64,000 nt of DNA from Paraspadella gotoi. Lineage: Eukaryota > Animalia > Chaetognatha. Positions within the stretch are counted from its first letter, which is position 1; every line of letters starts with the position of its first letter. Below the pieces are notes generated by a model, which worked only from the letters and a program-made list of their open reading frames with translations, had not been told where the DNA came from and made no database searches. The translations under genes and the position numbers were made by a program. Below are positions 57,350 to 64,000 of the stretch, in pieces. Location of the stretch: assembly GCA_051294375.1 (NCBI GenBank), contig JBJCIZ010000239.1:1754581-1818580 (forward strand), written 5' to 3'.

Positions 57350-57397
57350 AGGAGAGACAACAAAATTTAAAAAAAAAACAAAGATCTTTAAGGCTTT

Positions 57398-59848
57398 TTA
57401 AAGGTTCAACGAGAAAGAAGAGTATCCCCGAGAGACGCAAAGGTCGACTCGATCGCTGCTTCCGGCGACGGCGGTGACGGGGAATTCCGAGTCGCGTCGA
57501 TTCCATTCGACGCTATAGACGCTCGACGGGGTGACGGGCATTCTGAGGGAGAGGTGGCCGGAGAGATCCCAGTGGTTCACGTGGGGGGACGAGCCTGATA
57601 AAGAAAGGGGAGATTAAGGTTATTAATTAATCTTTTAAATATTATTATAAAAGAGGCGCTTATTTTTCATGTACTATTTAGGAAAAAAGTATATAACATT
57701 TTTAATAAAGGATATCTATTCGAAAACTTATTTGATTTAAAAAAAATCAGAATGTTTCTTGATCTACATTGAATTTTTTTTTAGTAGCTTCCTTCCATTT
57801 TTTTCTAGGTCAAATCGTTTAAAAATTTCAGGCCAAAAAATATTATAACTTTAAATGAAAATGGCGAAAAAAATCATATTTAATTTTCTTTCCATTTTTA
57901 ATATTGAATTATTTTTTTATTTCGAATAGAGTTAGTTATTTTTTTTTAAATTAGCAATGCTAAAGGCCTTGCACCTCTTTTTGGTTCAAAAAAATATTAT
58001 TATACATTTTAGAAAAGAGGGAAAGACGAATGCAAGCAATAATAAAAGCCGAGGAAAAGCATACCAAATATTGAGAATGTTTTACCTATATTTGTATATT
58101 TTTATTGAATAAATGAATTATGTTATATATTTTTTTTGCTAGATAGTATGTAAATGCTTTATGAAATTGGTAAAACCAATATAAAAATTACCCATTCATT
58201 TAATAAATAAGCTATCTTGCCCTGACTTGGGACAGGTTTTGCTGGTTTAAGGGCTAAAAATACAAGATAAAAACATAGCAGGACCCTCTCTGATAGTCGA
58301 GTTTATTCACTGTTTATATTCAATTAGTAATATAAATAGGGAATATTAATTTATATATATTAATTTTCCTTGAATTTAGCTACTTCTAAATCAATAACTG
58401 AAAAACATCTTTACCATTTACATACATACAGACTTACCAGTACCAGTACAATACCAGACAATATATTTGCAATTCGTAAATAATAACCCTTTTCCAGGGC
58501 TTTATTAACCATTAAGAAAATAAAAATAATAAAACCTTTATGCCCTAAATCTAACTTCTCAACAAAAAAAATCTTCTCATTCTCCAACCACCATCCTCAC
58601 CCGCGCTGACGAGTCCCTCCTCGCAAACCGGACGACGTTTTGAGCGAGCGGAGTCCGAGGATCGAAGACGACGAGCGGCTTCATGGCGGAGTGTTTGGAA
58701 AGACCGTTGAAGGCCGAGCTCATCTTGAGGTGGAAGAGAGAGAGGCGAGGTCCGCCGCCGCAGATCACGCGGTCTTCTTCGACGTCGAGGCAAGAGATCC
58801 ATTTGCCGACGGAAGGGCGGGCGCAGGAGGAATGTTCATTGGGTTCGTGGGGGGGGAGAATTGAAAAAGATAATGTGTAATAGTTACAAATAATGTAAAA
58901 AATTGTATTTTCGAGCTTTTTCTGAATATTAGGGCTACGATGCTTCGAGAGTCTTGCTGTGAAAAACCGCAAGTTACATTAGATCTCAGTACGATTCGAC
59001 AATCGACAATCAAATTTAATTCGAATTTAAACAGAGACGTTGTCTTTTTTGGGTGTTTTCTAGTTCTTAATTTATAATAATAATATAATTATTTATTATT
59101 ATTACCTATGAGAAAAACTGATCCGCCGGTCTTTTTCTCGAATCCCAAAATCTGAGGGTCCCGTCTTCGCTTCCCGATATCACAGTGTGATCGTCCTTGA
59201 TGGCCAGGCAGTGAACGTAGTCGGAATGACCCAAGAACTTGCGGAGTAAAGCACCTTTTTTAAAAAAATGGATTTTATTCATTGAATAAAATTATTTATA
59301 AATTTACAGTAAAAATTACAGAAACAACTCAAAAACGGATTCGAGTAAAATTAAAACAAAACAATTCTTTACCCACCCGTTTCGATCGACCAACAATAGA
59401 CGGTTCCGTCGCCGGCGGCGGCGAACAACTCGGAACCCCTTGCGACGAGGGCGTTGATCTCCGGCCGACCACCGACGGCTTTGTCGATAGGAGCGGTGAG
59501 AGACCAAGCGGGTCGGCGCTGTTCCACGACGCCCACCTCCTCGGCGACGCAATCTTCCCAGGACCACCCATCGATCCGACCCACGCCGCCCGCGCATAGG
59601 AAGGCGCCGGCGTTGGTCAGGGAGAAAACGGGGTCTTCGTCGTCGTCAGCGCTGAGTTTAAATGCGGACGAACGTTTTGAGGGATGCCCGAAGACGTCCC
59701 GAAGGCGGAAGACGGAGATTTCGCCGTAGTTGTTGCCGACGGCGAGAAACCGGCCGCAGGGGGAAAACTGTTGGGCGTAGGAGGTCATGTAGAGTTGGGA
59801 TATCTTGGTCGCGCCCGCCATTTGGGATATCTTGGTCGCGCCCACCAT
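57398..59848 (-). CDS. THOC6: THO complex subunit 6 (WD40)
   Basis: QQFSPCGRFLAVGNNYGEISVF; PEINAL...LFAAAGDG; GHSDYVHCL...SGSEDG; GKWISCL...ICGGGPRLSLFHL; PVTPSSVYSV. Confidence 0.88.
57674..58146 (+). mobile_element. Non-autonomous Tc1/mariner derivative (copy 2) in a THOC6 intron
   Basis: TA|ctatttaggaaaaaagtatataaca ... tgttatatattttttttgctagatag|TA; transposase tail RRMQAIIKAEEKHTKY-stop. Confidence 0.85.
59795..59848 (-). repeat. 27-bp tandem duplication of the THOC6 start (MVGATKISQ/MAGATKISQ)
   Basis: ttgggatatcttggtcgcgccc(g/a)ccat x2. Confidence 0.9.
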
Positions 59849-60209
59849 TTTTGGACGCGGAGATGAGTTAAGGGTTAAGTTACGAGTTAATATTGGGATC
59901 TGTTAAAAAAAAACGAAAATATATTAGCGAATGGACGGAATATTGCTGCTTTTTTTTTGGTCAAGATTATCAAAAATGATACAACAGTGCAGTTTTTAAA
60001 AGGTGATCACAGTGGCAACGGGTTTTAATGAAAAGAAATGCATTAAAAAATATTGCAAAATAGCAGGATTGAATTCATAGGTAAAAAAAAAATTCGGTAG
60101 GTAAAATTAAAAGGCAAGTGCTTCCGGAAAAAAAAGTTACAATAAATAAAATATGGTAATATATAAAAAGGACAGGCACGGATTGGGCTTACAATGAAAT
60201 GTGCGGAAG

Positions 60210-63200
60210 CTAAATTAGCCACGTATGAGGATAAGTGTTGGCGTTTGTAAAATCTAAATCTATAAGATCGTTTGTCCCTGGGGAATCGAAGTTGGGGGTC
60301 GGAGGAGAAGAATAAACGCTGCTGCAGGGAGAAACGACGGAAGCGTCCGTGACGGGCGGAACTTGAAGCCGTGACGCCTCTTGCGCCGTTACACAGTCGG
60401 CGCCAATTTCCGGTTTCGCTGTCGAAACCGCGGCATCCGGCGCCGCGCTGGCGATTCGACTCAAATCATCGAGCGGCGTCATGACGGACTCGTCGGATTT
60501 TCGATCGCGACGCTCCGCCGGTTTCGGGACCGAGTAAGCGAACCTCTTGGCCGTCTTGGTCGGCGACGAGGGCGCCGACGACATTTTGGTGGAACTCAGC
60601 TGAGGATTCCCGCGAAGACCGGACCAGATCTGCGCCCCGGGAAGAGAAGGGCGTGGCCGAAGACGGCGGGGGGAAGAGGAGAGCGGAGGGGAAGAGCTGG
60701 CTTCGTCGCTGCCTCCTCGACGAGAACCAACGCTGGATCTTTTGTCGGAGACGTAATCGGGCGATGAGACGAGACGATCTCGATCGTCGCTGTCGAAAGA
60801 GTCTCGCCGCTCGCGCGATTCTTCGTTGGATTCTTGAATGGTCTCCAACCCGGAAGCGACGGAGGAAGGGCGAAGCAGCGGCGTCAAAAAGTTGGACGGC
60901 ACCAAACCCTTGGCGCCGCGGAGCTCGCCGACGTAGAAGCCATCCTCGTCGACGTCGCCGTAGACGGTGACCACTTCGCCGCGTTTGAAGCTTAGCTCAA
61001 TCTCAGAGTCGACATTGGGCGAGGCTTCCGACGGGTTGTAGTCCCACTTGGCCACGAATTGGATCGTCGGTTTGACAGAGTCGATGAGGCTCTTGATTCC
61101 GGAATCGTCGGTGGATTTTTCGCTCGGCGAGGAGGTGGAGACGTCGGATGGAGGGAGAGAAGATTTGGCGCCGAAATTTGATTCGAGAGATTTCAAAATT
61201 TCTTCGGAAAGTTGGACTGGGTTGGAGTCATGACTCGTTTTAGCTCCGGAAATCGTTCTCACGGTGAGACGACAGGGAAGAATTACAGAATCGATATTCA
61301 CTTCCATCGAATCTACGAGAGAATCCTGACTTCGCAGAATTTCCCTCCCGTCGGCGTGGATCGAATACGCGGAGATTTGGAGAAAATTGTGGCGGCCGTC
61401 GGCGGTGAGGGAGAGAGGGAGCCAAGAGACTTTCACCGAGCCCTTGGACCCGCCCGGGCACAGCCTCACGTCCAGTGGGGGCTCCAAAGGGCCTGGGGGT
61501 TTCGTCGATATAGAGACGACGGCGAAAATATTACTGGGTTTGTCTTCGATGCGAGGAACAACTTTCACTTCGTAGGAAGTGTTGGGCGAGAGTCCGCTGA
61601 GGATGGAAGAGTAGACGCCAGGCTGCAGAGTTCCCACAATCTCGTCGTCCACGCAAATCTCGTGGGAGAGATTGGAATCGCCTGGCAACCACGTGACCGT
61701 CGCGCTGTCGCAAGTGACAAAGGATGCGACCACTTCGCTCGGACGAGGTTCGCTGCTTTGGCCCAACAACGCCGTGCAGGCGGCAGAAGGAGAACAACCA
61801 GATTCCGTCACCGATTTGACGGTGACGCGATTTCGAGCGTCAAAGTTGACGCCGTCGAGAATCGTACGGTAGATGGACAAGTTGTTGGCCGCGATCTCGA
61901 TGTAGATGGCGTCGTTTAAATAGACGAGATAACGCAAAATGGGCATTTCCGGACTGGGAGATTTCCAGGAGATTATCAACGTCCCGTCCGCTTGATTTTC
62001 GAAGACCAAGTTCGACGGAGCGGGGACGATGTCGCCGGAAAGATTGGCGAGGGTCGTGTCGGCGAAACAAAGGATCTTCCGGCTGGAATCGAGGGATGGA
62101 TTGGATTCGCCGGAACGGTCCAATTCGCCGCCGAGGGTCGCGTTGCCGACAGAGAGAGACACGTCGTGAAGATTGTTTCGTGAGAGTTGAGAGAACAACT
62201 TCTTGACGGTGGACATTTCGATGTAGTCGCCTTCCTGGACTCTCGCCACTCGACCGCGCGGGACGCTTCCCCGCGATCCGTCCAGCTTCTCAGCTTCGAA
62301 ACGTCCGTCGCCACCGTCGCCGTAAACGAAGACGTATTCACCCTTAGAGAGTCGGAAATCCTCGTCGAGACAAGCTGGCGGAGGGTCATAGTTGACGACG
62401 GCTTTGTACAGGACGAAGTTGAGATTAGATGGTTTGGTTTGAGACGAAAGAGACTTTGGTCTCTGGTTCTCAATTGACGCCGTCGTCTTCATCGGACTCG
62501 AAGTCGCGCTCGGTTCGCCCACGCTTCTCATCGTCGCCGCGCGCTTAGGCGACGCCGGCGCGGAGGTCGGCGGCGTGGTCGCTCGCTTCACCTTCGTCGA
62601 ACACTCGGAATCGGAGGCGGAATTGGCGCGGCTGGACACGCAAGATTCCGCGGCGTCGGACGCGGCGTTTGCGGAAGCCGTGGCGCCGATAGCGACTTGA
62701 AGCAGCGTCTTGCGTCGGTTCTCTTGCTGCTTCAACAGCTCCTTCTCCTTGGAATGAAGCTTCGTTATGTCTCTGATCGAATCGGAATACAGCAGTTTCC
62801 ACTTGTCGGCTTCCTCCTGCTTCAACTGCAGCTGCCCGACGACGGCGTTGTGTCGGCTCGATTGACGCTCAAACTTTTCGTTCATTCGCTTTAACTTTTC
62901 TTCTAAGGAATTCGCCGCCTCCCTGTTCTTCGTCACGATCTTCTCCAGCTCCATCTTGGAATCGTGCAGCGCCCTATCCTTTTCCTGCAACTCTTGCACC
63001 GCCTGCGAATGACTCAGCTTCAAATTCTCGAACTGAGCGGAGACGGCCTGCATGGCGATCATCATCGTCTGCAAATGACTCAGCCTCATTTCCATCGCGG
63101 AGACCTTCTCGTCCGACCTCGATCTAATCGTCTCGCTCTCGTTCAATTTCTCCCTCAAAGTTCGACAATCCGTCTCCGTCTTTTCCAACTCTGCGCATCT

Positions 63201-64000
63201 CCGCTTCACAGACTCGGAACTCTTCGTCAAATCCTCCGTCAATCGATTCGCCTCCGTCAAATTTTTTTCGACGAAGTTCAACTTTTTTCTCAAGTCGTTC
63301 AACTCCTGACGAAGCTCGGCGACTTCTCTCTCTTTATCCTCCGTTTCCCGCGAGAGAGCGAGCGCTTCTTTCAACTCTCTCTCCTTTTCCTCGGCCTCGA
63401 CTTCCAACTCTTTGCATTTTCCATGAATCTCGCTCAATTCTCTCTTCAAGATCTCGTTCTCCCGCGCGACTCGAGAGAGTTGCTCCACTTGAACCTTCAA
63501 CTCCCTTAAGTCGCTGCTCCTTTCTTCCTCGGGCGTCTTGGATCCTCGATCTTCGATCTTAAACTCGACCGTCGGTTCGGCGACGACGGTCCTTTGATTA
63601 GGGTTGGTCGCCCACGACGGCAATGAAGGTTCCTCCGCCTCCAGACCTCGACGCTCTCTCCCACTTGCAGACGCGAAGCCCCGCATCAACTGCGCCTCCA
63701 GAATCAACCTCTCCTTTGCCGCTTGAGCGATGACACGATGCAGTTCCGCCGCTTCTCCAAAGATGGCGCAATTGCCTTCTCTCGCGGAATTAAAGAGGAT
63801 CTGCGATTCCCCGATGGCCACGTTGTCGGCGAGACTTCTCACCGTCTCCTTCAAACCCTCGATCTCCTTCTCTTTGCCCATCACGATCTTGGCGTGCTCG
63901 GCCAAGTCCTTGGCCCTTTGTCGGGCGTAGATCTTCTTAAAGTGATCCTGCCCGACGCCGTCCTCGCCGCTCTCAAGCTCCGGCGTGGGAGAACCGGCGC
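60210..64000 (-). CDS. RIMBP2: RIMS-binding protein-like (coiled coil, SH3, 3xFN3, SH3); 5' end off the window; one uninterrupted >3.7-kb ORF
   Basis: YKAVVNYDP...GEYVFVYG; three FN3-like repeats (LIISWKSP, ATVTWLPGDSNLSH, VKVSWLPL); FVAKWDYNPSEASPNVDSEIELSFKRGEVVTVYGDVDEDGFYVGELRGAKGLVPSNFL. Confidence 0.88.
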   Translation of the reverse strand, partial: AGSPTPELESGEDGVGQDHFKKIYARQRAKDLAEHAKIVMGKEKEIEGLKETVRSLADNVAIGESQILFNSAREGNCAIFGEAAELHRVIAQAAKERLILEAQLMRGFASASGRERRGLEAEEPSLPSWATNPNQRTVVAEPTVEFKIEDRGSKTPEEERSSDLRELKVQVEQLSRVARENEILKRELSEIHGKCKELEVEAEEKERELKEALALSRETEDKEREVAELRQELNDLRKKLNFVEKNLTEANRLTEDLTKSSESVKRRCAELEKTETDCRTLREKLNESETIRSRSDEKVSAMEMRLSHLQTMMIAMQAVSAQFENLKLSHSQAVQELQEKDRALHDSKMELEKIVTKNREAANSLEEKLKRMNEKFERQSSRHNAVVGQLQLKQEEADKWKLLYSDSIRDITKLHSKEKELLKQQENRRKTLLQVAIGATASANAASDAAESCVSSRANSASDSECSTKVKRATTPPTSAPASPKRAATMRSVGEPSATSSPMKTTASIENQRPKSLSSQTKPSNLNFVLYKAVVNYDPPPACLDEDFRLSKGEYVFVYGDGGDGRFEAEKLDGSRGSVPRGRVARVQEGDYIEMSTVKKLFSQLSRNNLHDVSLSVGNATLGGELDRSGESNPSLDSSRKILCFADTTLANLSGDIVPAPSNLVFENQADGTLIISWKSPSPEMPILRYLVYLNDAIYIEIAANNLSIYRTILDGVNFDARNRVTVKSVTESGCSPSAACTALLGQSSEPRPSEVVASFVTCDSATVTWLPGDSNLSHEICVDDEIVGTLQPGVYSSILSGLSPNTSYEVKVVPRIEDKPSNIFAVVSISTKPPGPLEPPLDVRLCPGGSKGSVKVSWLPLSLTADGRHNFLQISAYSIHADGREILRSQDSLVDSMEVNIDSVILPCRLTVRTISGAKTSHDSNPVQLSEEILKSLESNFGAKSSLPPSDVSTSSPSEKSTDDSGIKSLIDSVKPTIQFVAKWDYNPSEASPNVDSEIELSFKRGEVVTVYGDVDEDGFYVGELRGAKGLVPSNFLTPLLRPSSVASGLETIQESNEESRERRDSFDSDDRDRLVSSPDYVSDKRSSVGSRRGGSDEASSSPPLSSSPRRLRPRPSLPGAQIWSGLRGNPQLSSTKMSSAPSSPTKTAKRFAYSVPKPAERRDRKSDESVMTPLDDLSRIASAAPDAAVSTAKPEIGADCVTAQEASRLQVPPVTDASVVSPCSSVYSSPPTPNFDSPGTNDLIDLDFTNANTYPHTWLI

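Overview
Gene-dense eukaryotic DNA from a compact invertebrate-type animal genome, with GC/CpG-rich exons and short AT-rich GT-AG introns. The taxon is not determined. About 17 recognisable genes all lie on the minus strand: enolase, two GDPD5/GDE2-like paralogues, an astacin-ShK protease, VPS28, SDHD, VPS29, MAPK7/ERK5, PIGM, BTBD3/6, MICU1-like, ERI1, a CAD-type alcohol dehydrogenase, GON7-like, LTA4H, THOC6 and RIMBP2-like. Many are separated by only 130-360 nt and have an apparently unpaired 3' splice acceptor just upstream of the ATG, which suggests operons resolved by trans-splicing (inference). The top finding is a ~450-bp insertion (28406-28851) flanked by a 14-bp direct repeat. Its ~290-nt core is closed by a 30-bp inverted repeat and contains a recognisable type-P5 twister self-cleaving ribozyme with a palindromic P1. 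Other points: a same-strand nested gene, an antisense nested PLAT-domain receptor with heptad F-x-x-G-Q repeats, ERK5 with TMY instead of TEY, MICU1 with degenerate EF-hands, two Tc1-derived non-autonomous elements and a dispersed ~80-bp hairpin repeat. The span 36.5-47.4 kb is an inverted plus direct re-copy of neighbouring sequence next to a 25-N gap and is probably an assembly or amplification artefact. Exon boundaries were read by eye and gene spans include introns.
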